Shown here: piece after piece, positions 28,567 through 38,167 of the stretch
Layout: the number at the start of each line of letters is the position of its first letter
Numbering within the stretch: the first letter of the stretch is position 1
From: Bosea sp. (in: a-proteobacteria)
GTDB taxonomy: Bacteria > Pseudomonadota > Alphaproteobacteria > Rhizobiales > Beijerinckiaceae
Direction of reading: 5' to 3'
DNA length: 64,000 nt
Assembly: GCF_023953965.1 (NCBI RefSeq)
Contig: NZ_JAMLIX010000002.1
Coordinates: 255,637-319,636 of the forward strand
Notes under the pieces: generated by a model
What the model was told of the DNA's origin: nothing
The model's input: the letters and a program-made list of their open reading frames with translations, nothing else
Databases searched by the model: none
Position numbers and translations under genes: made by a program

Positions 28567-29063
28567 CCGTTGCCCAGCCGACGCGGCCGGCGAAGCGCCG
28601 CCTGACCCGCAAGCAGCTCAGGCTGACCCTGATCGCGGCGGCCGGCGCCGTGCTGTTCCTGGCGGCGGGCCTCGTCCTCTTCGCGATGCGCGACACCATC
28701 GTCTTCTTCTTCGGCCCGACGGAGATCGTTGAGAAGGGCGTTCAGCCCGGCACGCGCATGCGGCTCGGCGGGCTGGTCGAGACCGGCTCCGTCCAGCGCG
28801 GCCCGGGCCAGCGCATCTCCTTCGGCGTCACCGACGGCAGGACCTCGATCAAGGTCGGCTATGACGGGCTCCTGCCCGACCTGTTCCGGGAAGGGCAGGG
28901 CGTCGTCACCGAGGGTATTTTCGAGGGCGCCGGGCACTTCAAGGCGGATTCGGTGCTGGCGAAGCACGACGAGACCTATATGCCGCGCGAGGTCGCCGAC
29001 GCGCTGAAGAAGCAGGGGCACTGGCAGGCCGGCGGCACTGCGCCTGCGCCGGTGAAGCCGTGA
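28563..29063 (+). CDS. ccmE: Heme chaperone CcmE/CycJ
   Basis: [12 protein letters not shown] and VLAKHDETY heme-binding motif. Start ATG 28563. Confidence 0.95.
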   Translation: MTVAQPTRPAKRRLTRKQLRLTLIAAAGAVLFLAAGLVLFAMRDTIVFFFGPTEIVEKGVQPGTRMRLGGLVETGSVQRGPGQRISFGVTDGRTSIKVGYDGLLPDLFREGQGVVTEGIFEGAGHFKADSVLAKHDETYMPREVADALKKQGHWQAGGTAPAPVKP

Positions 29064-29070
29064 GCCGCGC

Positions 29071-31047
29071 ATGATCGTCGAGATCGGCCATTATGCGCTG
29101 GCGCTGGCGCTCGGCGTCTCCGTCATCCAGACGGTGGTGCCGTTCTGGGGCGTGTTCCGCCAGGACCGGACGCTGGCCTCGGTCGGCGCAAGCGCGGCGC
29201 TCATCTCCTTCGCGCTGGTCGCGCTTTCCTTCGCGGCTCTGGTGACCTCCTATGTCCGTTCGGATTTCTCGGTCGCCAACGTCGCCGCCAATTCCCATTC
29301 GGCGCAGCCGCTGATCTACAAATTCACCTCGGTCTGGGGCAACCACGAAGGCTCGATGCTGCTGTGGGTGCTGATCCTGACGCTGTTCGGGGCGCTGGTC
29401 GCGCTGTCGCGCCGCTCGCTGCCGCCGCGCCTGCGGGCCGGCGCGCTCGCCGCGCAGGGCCTCGTCGCGGTCGCCTTCCTCGCCTTCACCCTTTTGACCT
29501 CGAACCCGTTCCAGCGCCTCAGTCCCGCGCCGGCCGAGGGGCAGGACCTCAACCCGATCCTGCAGGATCTCGGCCTCGCGATCCATCCCCCGCTCCTCTA
29601 TGTCGGCTATGTCGGCTTCTCGATCACCTACGCCTTCGCGGTCGCCGCCCTGATCGACGGGCGCATCGACGCGATGTGGGCGCGCGCCGTCCGGCCCTGG
29701 ACGCTGCTGGCCTGGACCTTCCTGACGCTCGGCATCGCGATGGGCTCCTACTGGGCCTATTACGAGCTCGGCTGGGGCGGCTGGTGGTTCTGGGACCCGG
29801 TCGAGAACGCCTCCTTCATGCCCTGGCTCGCCGGCACGGCGCTGATCCACTCGACCGTGGTGATGGAGAAGCGCGACGCGTTGAAAGTCTGGACGATCCT
29901 GCTCGCGATCCTGACCTTCTCGCTCTCGCTGCTCGGCACCTTCATCGTCCGCTCCGGCGTGCTGACCTCGGTGCATTCCTTCGCCACCGAGCCGGCGCGC
30001 GGCCTCTTCATCCTGTTCATCCTGATCTTCTTCGTCGGCGGGTCGCTCGCGCTCTTCGCCTGGCGGGCGCCGCTCTTGCGGCAGGGCGGGCTGTTCGCGC
30101 CGGTCTCGCGGGAGAGCGCGCTCGTCGTCAACAACGTCTTCCTGGCGACGGCCTGTGCCACCGTCTTCGTCGGCACGCTCTATCCGCTGCTGCTGGAGCT
30201 TTTGACCGGCGACAAGATCTCGGTCGGCCCGCCCTTCTACAACGCCACCTTCGTGCCGGTGATGGTGCCGCTGCTGCTGCTCATGCCGATCGGCCAGTCG
30301 CTCGCCTGGAAGCGCGGCGACCTGCTCGGCGCCGCGCAGCGCAATGCCGCCGCCTTCGGGCTCGCCGTGCTGGCGGCGCTTGCGCTCATCGCCATGACGC
30401 GCGGCGGGCCGGTGCTGGCGCCGCTCGGCGTGGGCTTGGGGCTTTTCCTCGTCCTCGCCGCCGGCTTCGACCTCGCCGAGCGCATCGTGACGCGCGCCAG
30501 CGGCCCGAAGGCGATGCTGTCGCGCGCCAGGGGCCTGCCGCGCTCGGCCTGGGGCACGGCTTTCGCCCATGCGGGCCTGGGCTTGAGCATCATCGGCATC
30601 GCCGCCGCAGCCTGGAGCAGCGAGGCGATCGCGGTCCTGAAGCCCGGCGAGCGGCTGACCAGCGGCCGCTATACCGTCGTCCTCGAGGCGATCTCGCCAC
30701 GGACCGGGCCGAATTTCCGGGCCGAGGTCGCCCGTTTCCGGGTTTTCTCCGGCGACCGCGAGCTTCAGCCGGTCGAAGCCTCCAAGCGCGTCTACACCGC
30801 CCGCTCGATGCCGACGACCGAGGCCGGCATCCGCACGGATGGCTTGAGCCAGGCCTATATCGGCCTCGGCGAGGTGGAAGGCGGCGGCATCGCCGTGCGC
30901 CTCCACGACAAGCCGCTGATCCTGCTGATCTGGATCGGCGCGCTCGTCATGGCGTTCGGCGGCGGGCTTTCCCTGACCGACCGGCGCTTCCGGCTGGCGG
31001 CGCCCAGGCGCGCCGCGCCTGCCGCCGTCGCTGAGCCGGCGGAGTAG
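29071..31047 (+). CDS. ccmF: Heme lyase CcmF/CycK
   Basis: WGNHEGS, AIHPPLLY and WGGWWFWDPVENASFMPW (WWD domain). Confidence 0.97.
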   Translation: MIVEIGHYALALALGVSVIQTVVPFWGVFRQDRTLASVGASAALISFALVALSFAALVTSYVRSDFSVANVAANSHSAQPLIYKFTSVWGNHEGSMLLWVLILTLFGALVALSRRSLPPRLRAGALAAQGLVAVAFLAFTLLTSNPFQRLSPAPAEGQDLNPILQDLGLAIHPPLLYVGYVGFSITYAFAVAALIDGRIDAMWARAVRPWTLLAWTFLTLGIAMGSYWAYYELGWGGWWFWDPVENASFMPWLAGTALIHSTVVMEKRDALKVWTILLAILTFSLSLLGTFIVRSGVLTSVHSFATEPARGLFILFILIFFVGGSLALFAWRAPLLRQGGLFAPVSRESALVVNNVFLATACATVFVGTLYPLLLELLTGDKISVGPPFYNATFVPVMVPLLLLMPIGQSLAWKRGDLLGAAQRNAAAFGLAVLAALALIAMTRGGPVLAPLGVGLGLFLVLAAGFDLAERIVTRASGPKAMLSRARGLPRSAWGTAFAHAGLGLSIIGIAAAAWSSEAIAVLKPGERLTSGRYTVVLEAISPRTGPNFRAEVARFRVFSGDRELQPVEASKRVYTARSMPTTEAGIRTDGLSQAYIGLGEVEGGGIAVRLHDKPLILLIWIGALVMAFGGGLSLTDRRFRLAAPRRAAPAAVAEPAE

Positions 31048-31051
31048 GCCG

Positions 31052-31522
31052 ATGCGGCGGATCGCCCTCGCCCTTTTCCTCCTGCTGCTGGTTTCGCCCG
31101 CCGCCCGCGCGGTGCAGCCCGACGAGATCCTGCGCGATCCGGTTCTGGAGCAGCGGGCGCGGGATATCTCCGCCGGCCTGCGCTGCCTCGTCTGCCAGAA
31201 CCAGTCGATCGACGATTCCGACGCGCCCTTGGCCCGCGACCTGCGCATCCTCGTCCGCGAGCGGCTCACCGCCGGCGACGACGACAAGGCGGTGGTCGCC
31301 TTCGTCGTCGCCCGCTATGGCGATTTCGTCCTGCTCAGGCCGCCCTTCAACGCCCATACGCTGATGCTCTGGGCCGCGCCCTTCCTCATCCTGCTGGCGG
31401 GAGCGGGTTTCGTCTGGCGCCGCGGCCGGCAGCGCGCGGGCGAGGAGCCCGCGACCCCCGCGCCACTGACGGAGGAGGAACGCCAGCGCGTCGACAGCCT
31501 GCTGCGGGACGAGCCGGAATAG
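31052..31522 (+). CDS. ccmH: Cytochrome c biogenesis protein CcmH/CycL
   Basis: LRCLVCQNQSIDDS motif. Confidence 0.95.
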   Translation: MRRIALALFLLLLVSPAARAVQPDEILRDPVLEQRARDISAGLRCLVCQNQSIDDSDAPLARDLRILVRERLTAGDDDKAVVAFVVARYGDFVLLRPPFNAHTLMLWAAPFLILLAGAGFVWRRGRQRAGEEPATPAPLTEEERQRVDSLLRDEPE

Positions 31523-31647
31523 GCGCCGGCGGGCGTCTCAACCTTACCAAAACGTCATCTTCAGGCCAAAGCCGCGTAAGGCGCCGGCCGCCATGGTCCT
31601 CCTCACGAGCAGGGGAAAGCGCCCTGTCACTCCACGAGGTTTCCGCC

Positions 31648-32814
31648 ATGACGACACAGACTGAACATCGCAAATCCATCCTGAAGCGCGGCGCCCTTCT
31701 CGCCGGCACCGCCATTCTCGGCATCGGGCTCGTCGCCGGCGTCGCCGATCGCGCGCTGATGCAGGACCATGCCGCCCTCGCGCAGCCGATCCAGCTCTCC
31801 GGCGCGCAGGCCACGCTGCCCTCCTTCGCCGACCTCGTCGACAAGGTGAAGCCGGCCGTCGTCTCGGTGCGCGTCAAGACCGGCGGCGCGGCTTCCGACG
31901 AGCAGAGCCTCGACGACCTGCCGCCGGAGCTGCGCCGCTTCTTCCGCAACCAGGAGACCGAGCGCCCCAATAGGCCGCAGCGGCCCCAGGGCATGGCCCA
32001 GGGCTCGGGCTTCTTCGTCAGCCAGGACGGCTATGTCGTGACCAACAACCACGTCGTCGAGAAGGCGACCGAGGTCCAGATCGTCACCGATGCCGGCAAG
32101 ACGCTGGAGGCCAGGGTGGTCGGCACCGATCCGCGCACGGATCTGGCGCTGCTCAAGGTCAAGGACGAGGGCAATTACCCTTATGTCCCGCTCTCCGGTG
32201 CCAAGGCGCGCATCGGCGACTGGGTGCTGGCGATCGGCAACCCCTTCGGGCTCGGCGGCACGGTGACCGCCGGCATCGTCTCGGCCCAGGGTCGCGACAT
32301 CGGCTCGGGCCCCTATGACGACTTCATCCAGATCGACGCGCCGATCAACCGCGGCAATTCCGGCGGGCCGACCTTCAACCAGAACGGCGAGGTCGTCGGC
32401 GTCAACACCGCGATCTATTCGCCCTCGGGCGGCAATGTCGGCATCGCCTTCGCGATCCCCGCCTCGACCGTCAAGTCGGTCGTCGACCAGCTCAAGAAGG
32501 ACGGCAAGGTGGCGCGCGGCTTCATCGGCGTGCAGATCCAGCCGGTGACCGGCGAGATGGCCGATGCGATCGGGCTGAAGGAGCCCAAGGGCGCGCTCGT
32601 CGCCGAGGCGCAGGGCGATGGCCCGGCCGCCAAGGCGGGCATCCGCCGCGGCGACACCATCACCGCCGTCAACGGCGAGGCGGTCAAGGACGCGCGCGAC
32701 CTGTCGCGCAAGATCGCCGCCTTCGCGCCCGGCGCCAAGACCACGATCACCCTCTACCGTGAAGGCAAATCGCGTGACGTGACCTTCGAGGTCGGCCGCC
32801 AGCCCGCGGCCTGA
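31648..32814 (+). CDS. degP: HtrA/DegP-family periplasmic protease with a single PDZ domain
   Basis: VTNNHV, TDLALLK, GNSGGP; one PDZ; 388 aa. Confidence 0.88.
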   Translation: MTTQTEHRKSILKRGALLAGTAILGIGLVAGVADRALMQDHAALAQPIQLSGAQATLPSFADLVDKVKPAVVSVRVKTGGAASDEQSLDDLPPELRRFFRNQETERPNRPQRPQGMAQGSGFFVSQDGYVVTNNHVVEKATEVQIVTDAGKTLEARVVGTDPRTDLALLKVKDEGNYPYVPLSGAKARIGDWVLAIGNPFGLGGTVTAGIVSAQGRDIGSGPYDDFIQIDAPINRGNSGGPTFNQNGEVVGVNTAIYSPSGGNVGIAFAIPASTVKSVVDQLKKDGKVARGFIGVQIQPVTGEMADAIGLKEPKGALVAEAQGDGPAAKAGIRRGDTITAVNGEAVKDARDLSRKIAAFAPGAKTTITLYREGKSRDVTFEVGRQPAA

Positions 32815-32935
32815 GCGTAGCCGGCGGGTTCACCGGTTCCTGTCGCCCCAGTCGGGGGACCCGCCGTTACGGCGGCAGGTCGGATGCGTATGCTCCGGCC
32901 TGCCGTTCTCGTGATTCTTGCGATAGGGTTGGCCG

Positions 32936-33619
32936 ATGCGACTCCTCATTGTCGAAGATGATGCCGAGGCTGCGGCCTATCTGACCAAGGCGTTCCGCGA
33001 GGTCGGCCATGTCGCCGACCATGCCGCCGACGGCTTGCAGGGCTATGCCATGGCCGAGGGCGGCGGCTACGACGTGCTGGTCATCGACCGCATGCTGCCG
33101 CGCCTCGACGGCCTCTCGCTGATCCGCTCGCTGCGCGAGCAGAAGGACGACACCCCGGCGCTGATCCTCTCGGCGCTCGCCCAGGTCGACGACCGGGTGA
33201 AGGGCCTGCGCGCCGGCGGCGACGACTACCTGCCCAAGCCTTATGCCTTCTCGGAGCTGCTCGCCCGCGTCGAGGTTCTGGCGCGCCGGCGCGGGGCGCC
33301 AGCCGCCGAGCCGACCTCCTACCGCGTCGGCGAGCTTTCGCTCGACCGGCTCGCCCACCGCGTCACCCGCCAGGGGCAGGAGATCGTCCTGCAGCCGCGC
33401 GAGTTCCGGCTGCTCGAATATCTGATGAAGCATGCCGGCCAGGTCGTGACCCGCACCATGCTGCTGGAGAACGTCTGGGACTATCATTTCGACCCCCAGA
33501 CCAACGTCATCGACGTGCATGTCAGCCGCCTGCGCGCCAAGGTCGACAAGGGCTTCGAACCGCCGATGATCCACACCATCCGCGGCGCGGGATACATGGT
33601 CCGTGACAACGCCCGCTGA
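32936..33619 (+). CDS. OmpR-family response regulator
   Basis: IVEDD, IDRMLP, GGDDYLPKP and IHTIRGAGY. Confidence 0.92.
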   Translation: MRLLIVEDDAEAAAYLTKAFREVGHVADHAADGLQGYAMAEGGGYDVLVIDRMLPRLDGLSLIRSLREQKDDTPALILSALAQVDDRVKGLRAGGDDYLPKPYAFSELLARVEVLARRRGAPAAEPTSYRVGELSLDRLAHRVTRQGQEIVLQPREFRLLEYLMKHAGQVVTRTMLLENVWDYHFDPQTNVIDVHVSRLRAKVDKGFEPPMIHTIRGAGYMVRDNAR

Positions 33620-35105
33620 CCCCCTTCCGAGGAAGCGCCAGAAGTTCCTGCCGACGCTGTTCCGCACGACCGCCTTCAAGCTGACGGCGGCCTATCTCGT
33701 CATCTTCGCGCTCTTCGCCGCCTTCGTGCTCGGCTATGTCTCCTGGAACGCCAGGCGCCTGCTGACCGACCAGATCCGCTCGACGATCGACGCCGAGATC
33801 CGGGGCCTGGCCGAGCAGCAGCGCCAGGGCGGCATCCGCCGGCTGGTCAACATCATCGAGCGCCGTTCGCGGGCGCCGGGCGCCTCGCTCTATCTCGTCA
33901 CCACGCCGGTGGGCGAGCGCATCGCCGGCAATGTCGAGGCGATCCCGCCCGGCACGCTCGATCGCACCGGCGAGAGCGAGATCGAATATGCCCGCTCCAG
34001 CGAGGCGATGGATACGCCGGGACGCGCGCTGGTGCGCGTGTTCATCCTGCCGGCGGGGTTTCGCCTGCTCGTCGGGCGCGACCTTGAGGAGCGCGAGCGG
34101 CTCGGCATCGTCATCCGCCGCGCCGCCGGCTGGTCGCTGGCGCTGGTCTTCGTGCTCGGCTGCTTCGCGAGCTGGTTCGTGGCGCGGCGCGTCCTCAAGC
34201 GCATCGACGGCATGAGCGAGACGGCGCACGCCATCATGGCGGGCGACCTCGAAGGCCGGATCGCCATCACCGGCACGGGCGACGAGCTCGATCGCCTCGC
34301 GCTCAACCTCAACGCCATGCTCGACCGCATCGGCGAGCTGATGGCCGGCATGCAGCAGGTCACCGACAACATCGCCCACGACCTCAAGACGCCGCTGACG
34401 CGCCTGCGCAACCGGGCCGAGGAAGCGCTGCGCACGGCGAAATCGCCGGACGAGCTCCGGGCCGCCCTCGACGGCGCGATCGAGGAGGCGGACAACCTGA
34501 TCCGCGTCTTCAACGCGCTCCTGATGATCGCGCGGCTGGAGGCCGGCCGCGTCAGCGACAATATGAGCGAGCTCGACATCTCCGAGATCGTCTCGGGCCT
34601 CGCCGAGCTTTACGAGCCGCTGGCCGAGGAGGCGGGCCTGTCGCTGGCGAGCGACGTCGCCCCGGGGCTTAAGATCCGCGGCAACCGCGAGCTGATCGGC
34701 CAGGCCCTCAACAACCTGATCGACAACGCGCTGAAATACGGTGGCCCGGAGCAGGGCGGCGACGGCACCGTGACCGTCGTGGCCCGGCAGGCGGGCGACC
34801 GGGTCGCGCTGTCGGTCGCCGATCATGGGCCGGGCATCCCGGAGGCCGATCGCGGCCGCGTCTGCGACCGTTTCGTCCGGCTCGACGCCAGCCGCAGCAA
34901 GCCGGGCTTCGGGCTCGGCCTGTCGCTGGCGGCGGGCGTGGTGCGCCTGCATGGCGGCGAGCTCAGGCTCGAGGACAATGCGCCGGGCCTGCGCGTGGTC
35001 ATCCTCCTGCCGGCGAGCGGCCCCAAGCCTGTGGACACGCCCGTCCTCGCCGAGCCCGCCGCCTCGACACAGGCGCCAAACCCTGCTGGCGTGTCTTCCC
35101 ACTGA
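33603..35105 (+). CDS. HAMP-containing sensor histidine kinase
   Basis: IAHDLKTPL, NLIDNALKY, DHGPG and GFGLGL. Confidence 0.92.
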   Translation: MTTPADPLPRKRQKFLPTLFRTTAFKLTAAYLVIFALFAAFVLGYVSWNARRLLTDQIRSTIDAEIRGLAEQQRQGGIRRLVNIIERRSRAPGASLYLVTTPVGERIAGNVEAIPPGTLDRTGESEIEYARSSEAMDTPGRALVRVFILPAGFRLLVGRDLEERERLGIVIRRAAGWSLALVFVLGCFASWFVARRVLKRIDGMSETAHAIMAGDLEGRIAITGTGDELDRLALNLNAMLDRIGELMAGMQQVTDNIAHDLKTPLTRLRNRAEEALRTAKSPDELRAALDGAIEEADNLIRVFNALLMIARLEAGRVSDNMSELDISEIVSGLAELYEPLAEEAGLSLASDVAPGLKIRGNRELIGQALNNLIDNALKYGGPEQGGDGTVTVVARQAGDRVALSVADHGPGIPEADRGRVCDRFVRLDASRSKPGFGLGLSLAAGVVRLHGGELRLEDNAPGLRVVILLPASGPKPVDTPVLAEPAASTQAPNPAGVSSH

Positions 35106-35121
35106 GGCAGGAAGATGCGCG

Positions 35122-38076
35122 ATGGCGGAACGGCTCTGTGACAGGCTCGAAGCGGCGCCGGTCCTGCCGGCGAAGGCCAAGGCCGAGACGCTGCTGAAGC
35201 GCGAGCTGATCGAGCGCCTCCACGACGAGGAGGCCGCCGCGGCGCTGAAGGCGCATCTGGCCGAGCATCCACGCTCGGCCGCGCTCATCGCCGGCATACT
35301 GAGCCATTCGCCCTTCCTCACCCAGATCATGCGCTTCGATCCGGCCGGACTGCTCGCCAGCCTGGTGCAAGCGCCGGAAGCGCGCCGCGACGCGCTTCTC
35401 ACCGATATCGCGGCCTTCGGTGCGGCAGGCCCCGAGACCGCCGATCTGATGCGCGCGCTGCGCCGTTTCCGCCGCTCGATGGCGCTCCTGATCGCGCTTT
35501 CCGATATCGGCGGCGCCTGGGACGTCGAGACCGTGACGCAGGCGCTGACCGCGACCGCCGACATGGCCGCGCGGCTGGCCACCGACCATGTCCTGCGCCA
35601 GGCCGCCGATCTCGGCCGGATCAACCTCGCCGACCCCGCCGATCCCGGTCCCGGCTCCGGCCTCGTCGTACTGGCGCTCGGCAAGCACGGCGCGGGCGAA
35701 CTGAACTATTCCTCCGACATCGACATCGTCGTCTTCTTCGACCCCGAGGCGGCGGAGGCGGCCGGCGTCGGCGAGCCGTCGAGCTTCTTCGTCAAGCTGA
35801 CCCAGCAGATCGCCCGCATCATCCAGGAGCGCACGCCGGACGGCTACGTCTTCCGCGTCGACCTGCGGCTGCGGCCGGACCCGGCCTCGACCCATGTCGC
35901 GATCGCGCTGCCCTCGGCCTATTCCTATTACGAGACGGTGGGGCAGAACTGGGAACGCGCCGCGATGATCAAGGCCCGGCCCATCGCCGGCGACATCGCG
36001 GTCGGGGTGCGTTTCCTGAAGGACCTCGCCCCCTTCATCTGGCGCAAATATTTCGACTTCGCGACCATCGCCGACATCCATGCGATGAAGCGCCAGATCC
36101 AGACCGTGAAGGGCCACGAGACCATCGCGGTCGCCGGCCACAACGTGAAGCTCGGCCGCGGCGGCATCCGCGAGATCGAGTTCTTCGTCCAGACCCAGCA
36201 GCTCGTCTTCGGCGGCCGCCGCCCGGCCTTGCGCGGCCCGCGCACGCTCGACATGCTGAAGGAGCTGACCAACGAAGGCTGGATCACGCCTGCGGCCCGC
36301 GACGAGCTCTCCGAATCCTATCGCTGGCTGCGCACCATCGAGCATCGCCTTCAGATGCAGGACGACGAGCAGACGCAGACCCTGCCGAAAGCCGCGGCCG
36401 ATCTCGAAGGCTTCGCCCGCTTCTGCGGCTATCCTTCCGCGGCCGCCTTCGGCAAGGCGCTGACGGCGCACGCCAGGCGCGTCGAGGGCCATTACGCCCT
36501 GCTGTTCGAGGAGGGGCCGAGCCTCGCCTCCGAGGCCGGGACGCTGAGCTTCACCGGCTCCGAGGCCGATCCCGAAACCATCGAGACGCTGGTCAAGCTC
36601 GGCTTCCGCGACGGCGCACTCGCCGCGGAGACGGTGCGCGGCTGGCATTTCGGCCGCCGCGCCGCCGTCACCAGCGCGCGAGCGCGGGAGGTGCTGACGG
36701 AGCTGACGCCGGCGCTGCTCGTCGCGCTCGGCCGCACAGCCGATCCGGATGGCGCGCTCGCCCATCTCGACAATGCCTTCGTGCGGATGCCGGCGGCGAT
36801 CGAGCTTCTGACGCTGCTGCGCTCGCATGATTCCCTGCTGACGCTCTTCGCCGAGATTTTGGGCAGCGCGCCGCGCCTCGCCAAGGTCGCCGCGCTCCAT
36901 CCCCATGTGCTCGACGGCGTCATCGATCCGGCCTTCGGGCAGGCGGCGCCGGATGTCGCAGCGCTCGAGAAGCGCATCCGCGCCTATGTCGGTTCGCCGC
37001 CGCCGAGCGTCGAGGACGGGCTCGATCGCCTGCGCGACGCTGCCCGGCAGGAGAATTTCCTGGTCGGCGCGCGGCTCCTCTCCGGCGCCTATCCGGCGCA
37101 AGGCGCGGGGCAGGCCTATTGCGCGGTCGCGGAAGCCTGCCTGCGCGTCGCCTTCGCCGATACGCGCCGGGCCTTCGCGGAAGACCACGGCGTCGTCGAG
37201 GGCGCCGAGACGGTGGTGCTCGGCCTCGGCCGGCTCGGCGCGGGCGAACTGACACCGTCATCCGATCTCGACCTGATCCTGCTCTACGACCGGCCCGAGG
37301 AGGCCGCCCAGAGCGACGGCGCGCGAAGCCTCGACCCCGTCACCTGGCATGTCCGGTTCACCCAGCGCCTCGTCGCGGCGCTGACGGTGCCGACCCGGCG
37401 CGGCACGCTCTACCAGGTCGACATGCGCTTGCGCCCGACCGGCAACAAGAGCCCGGTCGCGACCCAGTTCGCGAGCTTCGAGGCCTATCACGCCGGCGAT
37501 GCGGAGATCTGGGAGGAGATGGCGCTGACGCGTGCGCGGGTCGTCGCCGGCGATGCCGGGCTCGCGCGGCGGGTCGAAGCCGCGATCCGCGCGATCCTGT
37601 CGCGCGAGCGTGTGCCCGCAAAGGTCGCGACGGCGGTGGCGGAGATGCGCGCGCTGATCGCGAAAGAGAAGGGCGATAAGGACCCCTGGGACCTGAAGCT
37701 CGCCGCCGGCGGCATCACCGATCTCGATTTCCTCGCCCAGTTCCTGCTGCTCGCCTATGCCGGCCGGCATCCCGGCCTGATCGTCAACGACACGGCCGCG
37801 GTCTTCGCCGCCGCGCGTTCAGCCGGGCTTCTGTCGGAAGGCGATGCGTCGGTCCTTCTGGAGGCGCATCGCCTGATCGGCGACGTCCAGCTCTGGCAGC
37901 GCTTCACCGTCGAGGAGGCGTTCGATCCCAAGGCCGTGCCGCCGCGTGTGCTGCGCCGGATCGCGACCGCGGTCGGCCGGCCCGACGCCAAGGTGCTGAA
38001 AGCGGAGCTCGACGAGGTGCGCGGGGCGGTGAGGGCGATCTTCACGCGGGTTCTGGGCGAGGCGCGGAAGAATTGA
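35122..38076 (+). CDS. glnE: Bifunctional glutamine synthetase adenylyltransferase/adenylyl-removing enzyme
   Basis: Two nucleotidyltransferase domains (GKHGAGELNYSSDIDI and GRLGAGELTPSSDLDL), RVDLRLRP and KLGRGGIREIEF. Start ATG 35122. Confidence 0.95.
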   Translation: MAERLCDRLEAAPVLPAKAKAETLLKRELIERLHDEEAAAALKAHLAEHPRSAALIAGILSHSPFLTQIMRFDPAGLLASLVQAPEARRDALLTDIAAFGAAGPETADLMRALRRFRRSMALLIALSDIGGAWDVETVTQALTATADMAARLATDHVLRQAADLGRINLADPADPGPGSGLVVLALGKHGAGELNYSSDIDIVVFFDPEAAEAAGVGEPSSFFVKLTQQIARIIQERTPDGYVFRVDLRLRPDPASTHVAIALPSAYSYYETVGQNWERAAMIKARPIAGDIAVGVRFLKDLAPFIWRKYFDFATIADIHAMKRQIQTVKGHETIAVAGHNVKLGRGGIREIEFFVQTQQLVFGGRRPALRGPRTLDMLKELTNEGWITPAARDELSESYRWLRTIEHRLQMQDDEQTQTLPKAAADLEGFARFCGYPSAAAFGKALTAHARRVEGHYALLFEEGPSLASEAGTLSFTGSEADPETIETLVKLGFRDGALAAETVRGWHFGRRAAVTSARAREVLTELTPALLVALGRTADPDGALAHLDNAFVRMPAAIELLTLLRSHDSLLTLFAEILGSAPRLAKVAALHPHVLDGVIDPAFGQAAPDVAALEKRIRAYVGSPPPSVEDGLDRLRDAARQENFLVGARLLSGAYPAQGAGQAYCAVAEACLRVAFADTRRAFAEDHGVVEGAETVVLGLGRLGAGELTPSSDLDLILLYDRPEEAAQSDGARSLDPVTWHVRFTQRLVAALTVPTRRGTLYQVDMRLRPTGNKSPVATQFASFEAYHAGDAEIWEEMALTRARVVAGDAGLARRVEAAIRAILSRERVPAKVATAVAEMRALIAKEKGDKDPWDLKLAAGGITDLDFLAQFLLLAYAGRHPGLIVNDTAAVFAAARSAGLLSEGDASVLLEAHRLIGDVQLWQRFTVEEAFDPKAVPPRVLRRIATAVGRPDAKVLKAELDEVRGAVRAIFTRVLGEARKN

Positions 38077-38104
38077 GTCTCCGCTGTGCGCAGCCCACAC
38101 CTTT

Positions 38105-38145
38105 GTCATTCCGGGTTCTTCGCTTCGCGAAGCCCCGGCATGACG
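38105..38145. repeat. REP-like palindrome, family R1 (second copy) between convergent glnE and pleC
   Basis: Reverse complement of 17367-17408 with one mismatch. Confidence 0.85.
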
Positions 38146-38167
38146 AGGGCAGGGTGAGCTGGACCTT

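Noticed and set aside
31542-31581. CCTTAC...GTAAGG inverted repeat upstream of degP
   Set aside because: 6-bp arms 28 nt apart could easily be chance; no supporting consensus.
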